Source of the DNA: Bacilli bacterium
GTDB lineage: Bacteria > Bacillota_I > Bacilli_A > RF39 > UBA660
Direction: 5' to 3'
Assembly: GCA_900758495.1 (NCBI GenBank)
Contig: CAAERO010000005.1
Span: 16,189-80,188, forward strand
Length of the DNA stretch: 64,000 nucleotides
In this document: positions 47,723 through 58,558 of the stretch, in pieces
How the letters are laid out: every line of letters starts with the position of its first letter
Numbering within the stretch: the stretch's first letter is position 1
The notes under the pieces: model-generated
Seen by the model: the letters and a program-made list of their open reading frames with translations, nothing else
What the model was told of the DNA's origin: nothing
Database searches by the model: none
Position numbers and translations under genes: made by a program

Positions 47723-47774
47723 ATATCTTTCCTTACCTTCATTACCTTAAGAATAGCAATACTTTGTTGATAAG

Positions 47775-50700
47775 TCAAGAGGTAATTATTGACGATAATA
47801 ATTCTGTTAGATAGAAAATAGGGTGTTTTTCAAGTTTAATTGTGTCTAGTATTATTGTTATACCATCACTAGTTGATTTAAATCTAAACATTGGACTAAT
47901 ATTAAATGCTGTTCGAAATAGAGATTCGCCATTCTTTATTTTTTCTGTTAAAATAGTTATTTCTATTGTGTTCTTTGTTTGATGAACTTTCTTTATATCT
48001 AATTTCTTAACTAATTTTTCAAACCATTCTTCATACATATAAACTATAATATCTTCATTAAGTTTTCCAAAACGATCTTCTAATTCCTGCTTAGTTGCTA
48101 AAAGTTTTTCTTTACTATCTATTTGATTTATAATTCTATGAATTTCTATTTTTAATTCTTCTTCTTTGACATAAGAATCAGATATATGTGTTGAAACAGA
48201 AATTAATGGTGGTTGCAAATTTTCTTCGGCTGCTGGTTCTTCCCCTTTTATCTTCTTTGTTTCTTCTTCTAACATTTTCAAATACAAATCAATACCTACA
48301 CTATCAATAAATCCAGCTTGTTCGCTTCCCAATATATCTCCTGCTCCCCTTATTGATAAATCTCTCGTTGCAATAGCGAAACCACTTCCTAATGAAGTAA
48401 AGTCTTTTATTACTTTTAATCGTTTAGTAGCATTAGGTGATAATATTTTTCCTTCTTGGTACATTAAATAACAATAAGCAATTTTATTACTTCTGCCTAC
48501 TCTTCCTCTGATTTGGTATAATTGACTTAATCCAAAATGATCTGCATCAAGTATAATTAAAGTATTTACATTTGGAATATCTATTCCTGTTTCAATAATT
48601 GTAGTACACACTAAGACATCAGCATCATGATTTATAAATTTTATCATTTTATCTTCTATTTCATTCTTATCCATTTGACCATGAGCAGATATAACTATTG
48701 CATTTTTAACTAAATTACTAATTTCAGCTACTTTTTCATCTATATCTTTTACATGATTATATAATATGAATACCTGTCCATCACGAGCTAATTCTTTATT
48801 TATTGCCTCTTTTATTAATGTCTTATTTGTAGGTAACACATAAGTTTGAACTGGATATCTATTTATTGGAGGAGTTTCAATCAAAGACATACTTCTCAAA
48901 CCTGTTATTGATAGTTGGAGAGTTCTCGGAATTGGTGTTGCTGTTAATGTAAGCACATCAATAGTACTTTTATATATTTTAAGCTTTTCTTTTTGTTTAA
49001 CTCCAAATCTCTGTTCTTCATCGATAACCAACAATCCTAAATCTTTAGGCTTAATATCATCGCTTAAAAGTCTGTGTGTCCCAATTACTAAATCGATTGT
49101 TCCAGATTTTAGAGAATTGATTATTCTTGTAGTTTCCTTTGGAGAAGTAAATCTATTTAATAATCCTATTTTTATTGGAAATAACGAAAACCTTTCTAAA
49201 GCTGTTTCATAATGTTGATTTGAAAGAATAGTAGTTGGACAAAGAAATAAAACTTGTTTTTGGCTTAAAATTGCCTTAAAAATTGCTCTAAATGCAACTT
49301 CTGTTTTACCAAAACCAACATCTCCAACTAATAATCTATCCATTGGATGAGGAGTTTCCATATCTTCTTTAATTTGACTTGTAGCAATCAATTGATCTTT
49401 TGTTGGTTGATAATCAAAACTTTCTTCAAATTGTTTTTGTAACTCATCATCTTTTAAAAAGGCAAATCCTCTTTTATTTTCTCTTTCTGATTGGATTCTT
49501 AATAGATCGAGGGCCATATCATGGACTTTCGTCTTTACTCTATTTTTAACTTTTTGCCATTGATTACCACCTAACTGGTATATTTTAGGTTCTACACCTT
49601 CTTTAGATGAATACTTAAGTAATAAATCAATTTTTTCTACTGGAATATACAATTTATCCTTATCCTGATATAATACTTCAACATAATCTTTTAACTTGTC
49701 TCCTTGTTTCAATGTTTTCAAACCATTGTATATCCCTATACCACAACTTTGATGGACAACATAATCCCCAATTTCCAGCTTATTAATATCCATTATTTTT
49801 GTTCCATATTTAAAATTTGTTTTATATTTTTTAACTAACACTTTATTTTGAAATAATTCATTTGCTGTCAAAAAAATATAATTTTTATATATAAATCCAC
49901 TTTCCATATCTAACGAAATATAATTTATCTTAGCTGATATGATATTTTCTAAAGTAGTAGAAATTGATGGTAACTTTATTTTATTAATTAAATTTTTTTG
50001 TTGATATTCTTTGATAGCAATAATTATTGTTTTTCCATTTGATAATTCTTCTTTTAGATATTTCTCTATTGCCTCTACATTCTCATAAAATTGAGGAGGA
50101 TTTTTAGTATTAAACGATACTATTTTTTTATCAAATTCAATGGCACTATCTATCGAAAAATAAAATATTGAATTTTCAGTATATCTATCTTTATATGGAA
50201 AAAAATATCTTTTTTGTTCTATAGATTGTTCTTTTACGTAATCAGATACTTCATTTTTAGTAGTTTTATATATGTTTTTTATTGTATATGGATCCTTATA
50301 AATAATGATTGGTTTATTTAAATAATCTTGAACTGAATTTACTTCTATATAATCCTCTAGAGTTTTGTGTGAGCTATTTGCTTCTATTAATTCATTAGTT
50401 AAATATTCTGTACAAGGATAAATTGTTATTTTCTTTTTATGTTCTAATGAACGTTGACTATTTTCATCAAAAGTTCTTATCGATTCTATATTATCCCCAA
50501 AAAACTCTATTCTTATTGGATGTATTTCTCCCAATGGGAATACATCCAATATAAATCCACGAACTCCTAGTTCACCAGTTCTTGTTACTATAGTTTCTTT
50601 TTTATATCCAAGTAATAATAATTTATTAACTAAATCATCACGAGAAATTTCCATATCAACTTCTAAATTCAATATTTTCGAATCATAATTTTCCTTAGTT

Positions 50701-51047
50701 GGCAAAAAATGTAAATAACCAATCAAATGTGTAATTACAATTAACGGTTTATCTAAACTTATTGCTTTCAAAGTTTCTAATCTAGTAATTAGCAAATCAG
50801 GAGAAACTGCAATTGCTTCACTTGTTAAAAAATCATCCATTGGGAATAAATAAGTATCCTCAGTATATAAAATAATTTTCTGAAATAATTTATTTGCTTC
50901 TAATAAAGTTGGTGTCACTAGCAATATATTTTTCTTTTCTTGTTTTAATAATTTCCACATATATATTGCAAAAAGTTCTTCAGACATATTGTCCAAAGAA
51001 ATAGGCTCAATTTTTATTGGTTTTAATACATCGTCTATAAAATTCAT
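47775..51047 (-). CDS. mfd: transcription-repair coupling factor
   Basis: CarD-like domain (GDYVVHQSCGIGIY), helicase motifs GDVGFGKTEVA and DEEQRFG, and a TRG motif region. Confidence 0.95.
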   Translation of the reverse strand: MNFIDDVLKPIKIEPISLDNMSEELFAIYMWKLLKQEKKNILLVTPTLLEANKLFQKIILYTEDTYLFPMDDFLTSEAIAVSPDLLITRLETLKAISLDKPLIVITHLIGYLHFLPTKENYDSKILNLEVDMEISRDDLVNKLLLLGYKKETIVTRTGELGVRGFILDVFPLGEIHPIRIEFFGDNIESIRTFDENSQRSLEHKKKITIYPCTEYLTNELIEANSSHKTLEDYIEVNSVQDYLNKPIIIYKDPYTIKNIYKTTKNEVSDYVKEQSIEQKRYFFPYKDRYTENSIFYFSIDSAIEFDKKIVSFNTKNPPQFYENVEAIEKYLKEELSNGKTIIIAIKEYQQKNLINKIKLPSISTTLENIISAKINYISLDMESGFIYKNYIFLTANELFQNKVLVKKYKTNFKYGTKIMDINKLEIGDYVVHQSCGIGIYNGLKTLKQGDKLKDYVEVLYQDKDKLYIPVEKIDLLLKYSSKEGVEPKIYQLGGNQWQKVKNRVKTKVHDMALDLLRIQSERENKRGFAFLKDDELQKQFEESFDYQPTKDQLIATSQIKEDMETPHPMDRLLVGDVGFGKTEVAFRAIFKAILSQKQVLFLCPTTILSNQHYETALERFSLFPIKIGLLNRFTSPKETTRIINSLKSGTIDLVIGTHRLLSDDIKPKDLGLLVIDEEQRFGVKQKEKLKIYKSTIDVLTLTATPIPRTLQLSITGLRSMSLIETPPINRYPVQTYVLPTNKTLIKEAINKELARDGQVFILYNHVKDIDEKVAEISNLVKNAIVISAHGQMDKNEIEDKMIKFINHDADVLVCTTIIETGIDIPNVNTLIILDADHFGLSQLYQIRGRVGRSNKIAYCYLMYQEGKILSPNATKRLKVIKDFTSLGSGFAIATRDLSIRGAGDILGSEQAGFIDSVGIDLYLKMLEEETKKIKGEEPAAEENLQPPLISVSTHISDSYVKEEELKIEIHRIINQIDSKEKLLATKQELEDRFGKLNEDIIVYMYEEWFEKLVKKLDIKKVHQTKNTIEITILTEKIKNGESLFRTAFNISPMFRFKSTSDGITIILDTIKLEKHPIFYLTELLSSIITS

Positions 51048-51053
51048 AAGATC

Positions 51054-51620
51054 CTACTTCCTGTGATTATATTTATTCATAACTATGTCAAATCTTTCAT
51101 TGACATAATCATTGATTATCTCCCTAACTACTGGTTCTAATTCTATTAACTTTTTTTCTTCTTCTAAACTAAACTTAGAGAGTACAAATGTTGTTTGATC
51201 CATTGTATTTCTAAGTTCCGAGTTTATTCCTATTCTCAATCTATTATACTTATTAGTTTTTAAACATTCTTCTATATTTTTTAACCCGTTGTGACCTCCA
51301 CTACTTCCTTGACTACGTAATCGATAGGTACCAATAGGAAGAGCTATATCATCACTAATGACTAATATTTCTTCTGGCTTTATTTTATAATATTTTGAAA
51401 ATAAAACTACTGATTCTCCAGAAAGATTCATATAAGTTTGTGGTTTTAAAAATATTACTTTCTCACCATTGATTATTTTTTCGCAATATAGTCCTTTAAA
51501 CTTATTTTTAAAAATTACATTTTGACCTGAAAAGTAACTATCTATAAAACGAAAGCCTATATTATGTCTTGTATTTTTGTATTCATTTCCATAATTTCCC
51601 AATCCTACTATTAATTTCAT
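51054..51620 (-). CDS. pth: peptidyl-tRNA hydrolase
   Basis: MKLIVGLGNYGNEYKNTRHNIGF and GSSGGHNGLKNI motifs. Confidence 0.9.
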   Translation of the reverse strand: MKLIVGLGNYGNEYKNTRHNIGFRFIDSYFSGQNVIFKNKFKGLYCEKIINGEKVIFLKPQTYMNLSGESVVLFSKYYKIKPEEILVISDDIALPIGTYRLRSQGSSGGHNGLKNIEECLKTNKYNRLRIGINSELRNTMDQTTFVLSKFSLEEEKKLIELEPVVREIINDYVNERFDIVMNKYNHRK

Positions 51621-51657
51621 TACTAACCTCTTTTCAAAATTATTTCCCAGGAAATAA

Positions 51658-52473
51658 TTATTTGCTTTGATGATATTCTTTATAAATAATAGACTTAGCT
51701 AATCCACGTTCTTTTGCTACTTTTTTCATTGCCTCATTTAATGTCATATTGTCTTGTAAATATAAATTAACATGTTCCTTTATTGCTAATTTTTGGTAAT
51801 TTTGTTTGTTTCCTTCGACTACTAAAACTATTTCACCTTTTAGCTCAAATGTATTATTTAAATATTCAATTATATCAGTTCTAATAACTTCCTCATATTT
51901 TTTGGTCAACTCTCTAACAATTGCTATCTTTCTATTTCCAAATATTTCCAACATATTTTTTAATGTATCAATTATTCTCTTTGGTGATTCATAAAATACC
52001 ATTGTAAATTCATAATTTTTTAATATGTCTAATTCTTTTAATTGCTTACTGCTTTTTGAATTTAAAAATCCATAAAATAAAAATGGTTGAGGAGCCAATG
52101 CTGATAATGTCAATGCAGGAACAAATGCAGTTGCTCCAGGTAAACTTACAATATCGTAGCCTTTTTTTGCTACAGATGATACTATTTTATAACCTGGATC
52201 ACTAATAATCGGAGTTCCTTGATCTGTTACCAATCCTATATTCAACCCATTATCTAAATATTCAATAACTTTACTACACATTTGTTCTTCATTATGATCA
52301 TGACAACTTACTAATTTTTTTTTAATATTAAAGTTACTTAATAATTTACCAGTTTCTCTTGTATCTTCACATAAAAGAATTTCTACAAATTCTAAAATTT
52401 TCAATGCTCTTATTGTTATATCATCATAATTACCAATTGGAGTTGGAATTAAGTATAATTTGTTATTTTTCAC
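51658..52473 (-). CDS. rsmI: 16S rRNA (cytidine1402-2'-O)-methyltransferase
   Basis: LYLIPTPIGNYDDITIRALKIL..CEDTR and SDPGYK motifs of the tetrapyrrole-methylase-fold RsmI. Confidence 0.9.
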   Translation of the reverse strand: MKNNKLYLIPTPIGNYDDITIRALKILEFVEILLCEDTRETGKLLSNFNIKKKLVSCHDHNEEQMCSKVIEYLDNGLNIGLVTDQGTPIISDPGYKIVSSVAKKGYDIVSLPGATAFVPALTLSALAPQPFLFYGFLNSKSSKQLKELDILKNYEFTMVFYESPKRIIDTLKNMLEIFGNRKIAIVRELTKKYEEVIRTDIIEYLNNTFELKGEIVLVVEGNKQNYQKLAIKEHVNLYLQDNMTLNEAMKKVAKERGLAKSIIYKEYHQSK

Positions 52474-53167
52474 TTTTTATCTCGCTTTCTAAAAAAATTG
52501 GTGGTTCTATTTTTAAACCTGATTTTCCATAATATATTGCATCTACTAAAAATAATGATGCCACTGAATTTCTATTATGGTGAATAAATCTGATTCTTTT
52601 TGGTTCTAAATTATGCTTTTTTAAAATTGTCAATATTTCAATAAAACGTTCTGATCTTTGTATAAAATAAAAATGTCCGTTTTGCTTCATTATTTTACTT
52701 GCATACAATGAAATTTCTTCAAAATCTATTTCAATTTCATGACGAGAAATCGCTTTTGAAAGTGAAATACTCATTTTTCTGTTTTCATTTATTTTAAAAT
52801 AAGGAGGATTAGTTATTAATATATCAATACTATTCGGAGAAAAATAGTTTTGGCAATTTTGAAACTTATCTTCTATAATTTCTATTTGCCTGCTTAAATT
52901 ATTATTATGAATATTTAATTTAGCAATTTTGACTAATTCTTTCTGTACTTCTATTCCATAAATTTTATTATTTATTTTTGTACTCAATAATAAAGGAATT
53001 AATCCTTGACCTGTTCCCACATCAAGAATAACCCTATTTCTATTATGTGGTAAATCAATAAAGTCGGCTAATAAGACGCTATCACTAGTTAATAAAAAAG
53101 AGTTTGAAGACTGTGTATAACTTATTTGCGTTTTATTATGCTCTATTGTTTGTACCTTAATTTTCAT
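52463..53167 (-). CDS. SAM-dependent methyltransferase, YabB / tRNA (adenine-N6) TrmN6-like
   Basis: ILDVGTGQGLIPL SAM motif and NPPY (ITNPPYF) catalytic motif. The position matches Bacillus yabB. Confidence 0.7.
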   Translation of the reverse strand: MKIKVQTIEHNKTQISYTQSSNSFLLTSDSVLLADFIDLPHNRNRVILDVGTGQGLIPLLLSTKINNKIYGIEVQKELVKIAKLNIHNNNLSRQIEIIEDKFQNCQNYFSPNSIDILITNPPYFKINENRKMSISLSKAISRHEIEIDFEEISLYASKIMKQNGHFYFIQRSERFIEILTILKKHNLEPKRIRFIHHNRNSVASLFLVDAIYYGKSGLKIEPPIFLESEIKSEK

Positions 53168-53960
53168 TTTTTATTTCAACTACTTCCTTATTTTTCAATT
53201 CTACTTTATAGGTATTATTTAATATATTTATTTCTGTGACTTTCCCCTCCACATTCCCAATTTTTACCATTTTTCCAATATTTGGAAAATTTTTTTTTGA
53301 ATTTGTATAATTTTCATCTTCATATTTTAAACAACATAATAATCTACCACAAATACCATTTATTTTTGTTGGGTTCAAAGCTAAAAACTGATTTTTAGCC
53401 ATTCCAATAGATACACTGGAAAAATCTGTCAAAAAAGTGTTACAACATAAAAATAAACCACAGGGGCCTATTCCGCCTATTTTTTGAGCTTTATCACGAA
53501 CTCCAATTTGTCTAAGTTCTATTCTTGTTTTATATTTTTGTGCTAAAACCTTAGTCAATTCTCTAAAGTCAATTCTAGTATCAGCCACATAACTTATAAA
53601 TAATTGTTTTTTATCAAAAGTATAAAAAGAATCAATGAACTTCATTTCTAACTTTAATTCATTAGCTTTAGCTTGTGAATAAGATAAAACCTCTGTACAA
53701 TCAAGTTCATTTTTTCTCTGTTGAGTTAAATCATCAGTAGTAGCTACCCTAATAAATTTTGTTTTTTTCTCTAAAATAAGATTGGACATACTACTTTCCA
53801 TTTCAACTTTTATTACTTCTGCTAATCTAAAGTTGGATTCCGTTTCAACAATTATTTTGGTTCCAATATCTATTGTTTCACCATTTTGAGGCTTAAATTT
53901 TATTACAACGATTTCCTTCTTTAAACATGAATTGCTATATCTAATCATTAAAAGATTCAT
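53157..53960 (-). CDS. ricT: PSP1-domain protein RicT (YaaT)
   Basis: Cys-rich PSP1 C-terminal region (GPCGLFLCCNTFL, GICGRLLCCLKYE). It follows holB, as in Bacillus. Confidence 0.85.
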   Translation of the reverse strand: MNLLMIRYSNSCLKKEIVVIKFKPQNGETIDIGTKIIVETESNFRLAEVIKVEMESSMSNLILEKKTKFIRVATTDDLTQQRKNELDCTEVLSYSQAKANELKLEMKFIDSFYTFDKKQLFISYVADTRIDFRELTKVLAQKYKTRIELRQIGVRDKAQKIGGIGPCGLFLCCNTFLTDFSSVSIGMAKNQFLALNPTKINGICGRLLCCLKYEDENYTNSKKNFPNIGKMVKIGNVEGKVTEINILNNTYKVELKNKEVVEIKNEN

Positions 53961-54819
53961 TTAATACCTCCGTAAATTTAATAAATAAAGAATCAAGCCA
54001 AAGTTTAATATTTACATTATATTGTAATCTAACCAAAAATTCATCAATAATTCCAATTATCTTTAGTAATTTTACTTTTGATAAACTTAGTTCATCTATA
54101 TTTATATTTTGAACTTTTATACTACTATTTTCTAAATAATTCTGAAATATTTTTGACAATTCTTTCATAGTCTTTATTGATTGTTCTTTTGTTTGAAATA
54201 AATTTTCATAGTATTTATTAAAATTTAGTATAAGTGGTTTTTCTTTTGAGAAAAAATCATTAACTAATTCTAATAATATTGAACTATAATTCTCATTTAA
54301 AAAAAAAGTTTTTTCCTTTTTAAGTGACATAACTATACATCTAGACAGAATTGTTGGTAAAATTTTATAACGATGAGTGGATAATAAGATAGCAATAATA
54401 TTTTCTTCTGGCTCTTCTAAAAATTTCAAAATAGTATTTGAAGCGCTTTTATTTAACATTTCAGCATTATGAATTACATATATTTGATAGTTATTATAAA
54501 TTGATTTGGTGGAAAATTTGTTCATTACTTGTAATAACCGCTCTTTTTTTATCATATTTGATTCTGGATAAATATTTATTAGTTCTGGATAATTATTTGT
54601 ATCAATAAGATTTATTAACTTATCCTCGCTTAATAAATTAGTCTCTTTATTTTTTAACAATATAATTATCTTGCAAAATTCTTTAATATAAGAATCAATT
54701 AACTGTTCATCATTGCTATTTGTTTCAATCAAATATGCATGATGAACCTTTCCTAAATAGAGTGGAACAATTGCTTGTTTATAAAATAATTGTTGGTTCT
54801 GTTCTAATCGTTCTAACAT
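53941..54819 (-). CDS. holB: DNA polymerase III delta-prime subunit
   Basis: ..KVHHAYLIE.., NKSASNTILKFLEEPEENIIAILL and TILSRC motifs. Confidence 0.8.
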   Translation of the reverse strand: MLERLEQNQQLFYKQAIVPLYLGKVHHAYLIETNSNDEQLIDSYIKEFCKIIILLKNKETNLLSEDKLINLIDTNNYPELINIYPESNMIKKERLLQVMNKFSTKSIYNNYQIYVIHNAEMLNKSASNTILKFLEEPEENIIAILLSTHRYKILPTILSRCIVMSLKKEKTFFLNENYSSILLELVNDFFSKEKPLILNFNKYYENLFQTKEQSIKTMKELSKIFQNYLENSSIKVQNINIDELSLSKVKLLKIIGIIDEFLVRLQYNVNIKLWLDSLFIKFTEVLNESFND

Positions 54820-54879
54820 TTACTAATCACTATCAACCAATAGAATGACTTTCTATTAAATGGTTCCTTTCTAAAAAAA

Positions 54880-55065
54880 TTAAAATAACAACACTTTTAA
54901 CAAAATGAATACAAAAAGTATCGGAAATCCTAATACCCCAACGGAACCAATAGTAATTAGGTTTATCGGTATTACTAGGTTAAACTTTGTTGCAATCAAA
55001 TTATAACTATAAAGTATTAAAATACTTAATATGATTCTTTTTAAAATTGCCATTATTATTTTCAT
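54880..55065 (-). CDS. bofA: pro-sigma-K processing inhibitor BofA-like small membrane protein
   Basis: ..VIPINLITIGSVGVLGFPIL.. parallels B. subtilis BofA (..HVPINLVTTAISGILGIPGI..). It lies after recR, as in Bacillus. Confidence 0.6.
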   Translation of the reverse strand: MKIIMAILKRIILSILILYSYNLIATKFNLVIPINLITIGSVGVLGFPILFVFILLKVLLF

Positions 55066-55102
55066 ATTTTCACCTAATAATAATTATGATTCATTTTGCA
55101 AT

Positions 55103-55699
55103 TTATGCTATTTCTTTTCTGTCTTCTAAGGCTTTTGATAAAGTTAAACCATCGACGTATTCCATATCTGCTCCCATAGGTACACCACTAGCTAACCTTG
55201 TTATCTTTAAATCTTGAGATTCTAATACTTTTTTTATATATAATGATGTTATTTCTCCTTCTACATTTGGTTTTAATGCTAAAATTATCTCTTTATATTT
55301 TTGTTTTTTTAATCTACTCAGTATTTTTTCAATACCAATATCTTCTGGCTTAATTTCATCTAAAGGGGAAATTAAGCCATTTAAAACATGATACTTTCCT
55401 TTATATATTCCTATTTTTTCAAATAAAAATACAATTTTAGAATCCTCTACAATACACAATGTTTCGTCATTCCTAGTTTCATCAGAGCATATTGTACATA
55501 TTTCTTTATCAGTTAAAGTTTGACAAATAGGACATTTATGTATATTTTGTCTTACATTTTTTATTCCATCTTCTAAAGATATAATTCTATCATTATCAAA
55601 ATCCAATAAGTTAAACGCCATTCTTTCAGCTGTTTTCTCACCAATTCCAGGAAATGATTTAAAACTATCTATCAAATTTTTTAAACTTTCTGGATACAT
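55103..55699 (-). CDS. recR: recombination protein RecR
   Basis: N-terminal HhH (LIDSFKSFPGIGEKTAERMAF), C4 zinc finger (CPICQ..CTIC) and a Toprim domain. Confidence 0.95.
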   Translation of the reverse strand: MYPESLKNLIDSFKSFPGIGEKTAERMAFNLLDFDNDRIISLEDGIKNVRQNIHKCPICQTLTDKEICTICSDETRNDETLCIVEDSKIVFLFEKIGIYKGKYHVLNGLISPLDEIKPEDIGIEKILSRLKKQKYKEIILALKPNVEGEITSLYIKKVLESQDLKITRLASGVPMGADMEYVDGLTLSKALEDRKEIA

Positions 55700-55700
55700 A

Positions 55701-56000
55701 TTACATAATTCCAGGAATACTACCTGCTAGTGCTCCCATTGTATCTTGAACAGTTTGATCTATCTTTTTACAAGTATTATTTATGGCTATTTTTATCATA
55801 TCTTCTAAAATATCTTTATCGTCTGATGTGAACTCTGTATCTAAATCAATTTTTAGTGCTATCACTTCTTTTTTTCCATTCATTTTCACTGTTACAAATC
55901 CTTGTTTTGTTTCAAACTCCATTTTGTCTATTTCAGCTTGTTTATTCATTAAATCCTTTTGCATTTTTTGTGCTTGTTTCATCATTGCTTGTATATTCAT
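55701..56000 (-). CDS. ybaB: nucleoid-associated protein YbaB/EbfC (YaaK)
   Basis: MMKQAQKMQKDLMNKQAEI.. pattern, and its position between dnaX and recR. Confidence 0.9.
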   Translation of the reverse strand: MNIQAMMKQAQKMQKDLMNKQAEIDKMEFETKQGFVTVKMNGKKEVIALKIDLDTEFTSDDKDILEDMIKIAINNTCKKIDQTVQDTMGALAGSIPGIM

Positions 56001-56019
56001 TATATTTTCCTTCTTTCTT

Positions 56020-57645
56020 TTATCTAATTTCTACTAAATTTCCAAATAACTCTTTTGCCATTTCATATCGATTATTACTATTTAAACTTTCATTATTTTT
56101 TTTTTCGATGACAGGTTCATCTACTATTGTTAATCTTTTTCCTGATTTTACTATATCTATATATTCACTTTTAAGTTTTACCCATTCATCGGTTGATATA
56201 AAAGACATTTTTTTATTTTTTTGAAATAAGCTGTTATAATAGTCATTAATCTTCTGGCAGTGATCATAAAGTTTTTTTAAACTAGATATATATTCATAGC
56301 TAACAACTATTGAGTTTTCACTTGCAGCCCGTGGTATTCCATCCAGCAATTCACAAGCTATATATCCATTATTAACATCAAAAGTATAATCATTCAATTT
56401 TTTCCAAAGATCTAATTCCTTGTTTAGTTCGATTTTAGATGCTTCTGCCATAGTATTTTTGGCACGTATTGTCATTAAATTTTCTATTTCATTATAATTA
56501 ATTTTTTCACTTCTTTTTATTTTTTCAACATCATTTACTGATTCTTCAGTTACTATAATATAATCTGCTTTTTCATTATTTTCTTTAACATCTTTTTTTG
56601 TGATTTTACTTTTGTTATTTTTATTAATAAAATTTAATATCATTATCTCAATATAAGTTTTCATATCATCCGTTTTTTTAATATCAGATATTTTTTCATT
56701 TAGTAGATTAACTAATTCAATTGTATCATTTTCATTATATTTCAAAGGTATATCTTTAATATATAACTCTACTAGTTTATTCTTTAAGTCAAATATCAAC
56801 TGTTTTAAGACTTGTAATAAGTCTTTACCATCACTGTAATATTGTTCTATTTTTTCAAGCATTTCATTAGCCTTATAGAACAAAATTGTATCCTCAAATT
56901 CTTCCAAATCATCTGATCTTATTTGCCCATTCATAACTAGAAAATCATTATATTTTATTGTGCCTTCCTTATAAGAGCTTAATTTGTCTAATAATCCTAT
57001 TGCATCTCGCAACCCACCATCTGATGAAATTGATATAGATTGTAAAACTTTTTCCTCTACATCAATGTTCTCTTCGACTGATATTTTTTTTAATAAGTTC
57101 ACTATATCTAGTGAACTTATTTTCTTAAATTGAAAACTTTGACATCTAGATATTATAGTATTAGGAATTTTTTGAGGATCAGTGGTTGCTAAAACAAAAA
57201 TAACATGTTCAGGTGGCTCTTCTAAAGTTTTTAATAAAGCATTAAAGGCCCCTATTGAAAGCATATGAACTTCATCAATTATATAAACTTTATATTTTAA
57301 TTCAGTGGGAAGAATTTTTACCTTATTTCTTAATTCTCTAATTTCATCTACTCCATTGTTTGAAGCAGCATCTATTTCTATAATGTCCATACACTCTTTT
57401 TGAACTGAATATAAACAATTTTTACACTTCTCACAAATTTCATTTTTATAATCCAAACAATTAATCGCTCTCGCAAATATTTTAGCAATTGTTGTTTTAC
57501 CAGTTCCCCTTGGGCCAGCAAATAAATAAGCATGGTTGATATGATGATTCTTTATACTATTTTCTAATGTTGTCACAATTACATTTTGACCTACTACATC
57601 AGAAAATTTTTTTGGTCTATACTTTCTATATAAAGCTTGATACAT
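56020..57645 (-). CDS. dnaX: DNA polymerase III subunits gamma/tau
   Basis: MYQALYRKYRPKKFSDVVGQ, Walker A GPRGTGKTT, zinc module CEKCKNC and DEVHML. Confidence 0.9.
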   Translation of the reverse strand: MYQALYRKYRPKKFSDVVGQNVIVTTLENSIKNHHINHAYLFAGPRGTGKTTIAKIFARAINCLDYKNEICEKCKNCLYSVQKECMDIIEIDAASNNGVDEIRELRNKVKILPTELKYKVYIIDEVHMLSIGAFNALLKTLEEPPEHVIFVLATTDPQKIPNTIISRCQSFQFKKISSLDIVNLLKKISVEENIDVEEKVLQSISISSDGGLRDAIGLLDKLSSYKEGTIKYNDFLVMNGQIRSDDLEEFEDTILFYKANEMLEKIEQYYSDGKDLLQVLKQLIFDLKNKLVELYIKDIPLKYNENDTIELVNLLNEKISDIKKTDDMKTYIEIMILNFINKNNKSKITKKDVKENNEKADYIIVTEESVNDVEKIKRSEKINYNEIENLMTIRAKNTMAEASKIELNKELDLWKKLNDYTFDVNNGYIACELLDGIPRAASENSIVVSYEYISSLKKLYDHCQKINDYYNSLFQKNKKMSFISTDEWVKLKSEYIDIVKSGKRLTIVDEPVIEKKNNESLNSNNRYEMAKELFGNLVEIR

Positions 57646-57865
57646 GATATCACCTCACATTTAATATTATAACACTTTTAATACCTATTAGTAAAATAAT
57701 GTGAATAAAAAACAAATCGTTTGATAAATATTTGTTCCATTTTTTAACATAATAAGCTAGATATTAATTACACTTTCTATTCTGTTCTGCAATATTATAC
57801 TTACTAAGTATAATAAATTATTAATTATACTATTAAAAGCAACATTTTTCACTAGAACATTTGTA

Positions 57866-58309
57866 TTATCTTTTGCTTTTAAAAAATTTTCTTAATAATA
57901 TTAAACTCTCATTTTCTTTTAATCCTGAAAAATATTTTATAGAAAAATTATTATCTCTATTTTCGCAAATCATTTCAAATATTTTGTGATTATTTATATT
58001 ACTAGATTTAGCCCCATAATATATATTACTAATTCTACTTTGCTTAATAGCACTTGCACACATGGGGCATGGTTCAAGCGTGACGTATATGTCACAATTA
58101 TTTAATCTCCAATTTTGTAATTTTCTACTAGCTTCTTCTATCACAAGCATTTCTGCATGAGCTAAAGAAGAATTATTTTTATTTTTTAAATTATGAGCTC
58201 TTGCTAAAATTTTACCATTATTAACTATAATTGCACCAACTGGTACTTCATCAAGATCAAGTGATTTTCTTGCTTCAATCAGTGCCTCCTTCATAAATTT
58301 TTCATTCAT
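57866..58309 (-). CDS. tadA: tRNA adenosine(34) deaminase
   Basis: HAEM zinc motif and PCPMCASA motif. RBS before the ATG at 58309. Confidence 0.9.
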   Translation of the reverse strand: MNEKFMKEALIEARKSLDLDEVPVGAIIVNNGKILARAHNLKNKNNSSLAHAEMLVIEEASRKLQNWRLNNCDIYVTLEPCPMCASAIKQSRISNIYYGAKSSNINNHKIFEMICENRDNNFSIKYFSGLKENESLILLRKFFKSKR

Positions 58310-58342
58310 ATAATATAATCTCCATTTTTTTACAAAATAAAA

Positions 58343-58416
58343 GTGCACATAAATGAATTATGTTAAGGCTGCTATGTTTCCATCCTGACCTATTTCCATA
58401 AACATCTATTGCACAT
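58343..58416 (-). ncRNA. ffs: small (4.5S-type, ~75 nt) signal recognition particle RNA
   Basis: The minus strand reads GTGCAATAGATGTTTATGGAAATAGGTCAGGATGGAAACATAGCAGCCTTAACATAATTCATTTATGTGCAC. The core GGTCAGG..GGAA..AGCAGCC parallels E. coli 4.5S domain IV (GGUCAGGUCCGGAAGGAAGCAGCC). The ends are complementary (GTGCA/TGCAC) and a T-run follows. An ffs gene next to tadA and dnaX is expected from Bacillus synteny. Confidence 0.55.
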
Positions 58417-58558
58417 ATATATAATAAATTAAGATTTGTAAAAAAGCAAGACTTTTCCTGTGAAAAATTAGAAAAAATGACAGTAATTTAAAATCAAGAA
58501 AAATGAAATAATTAGTGAAAATGATAGTAATTTGTTTTAATACAACCTTTTGTATTCA

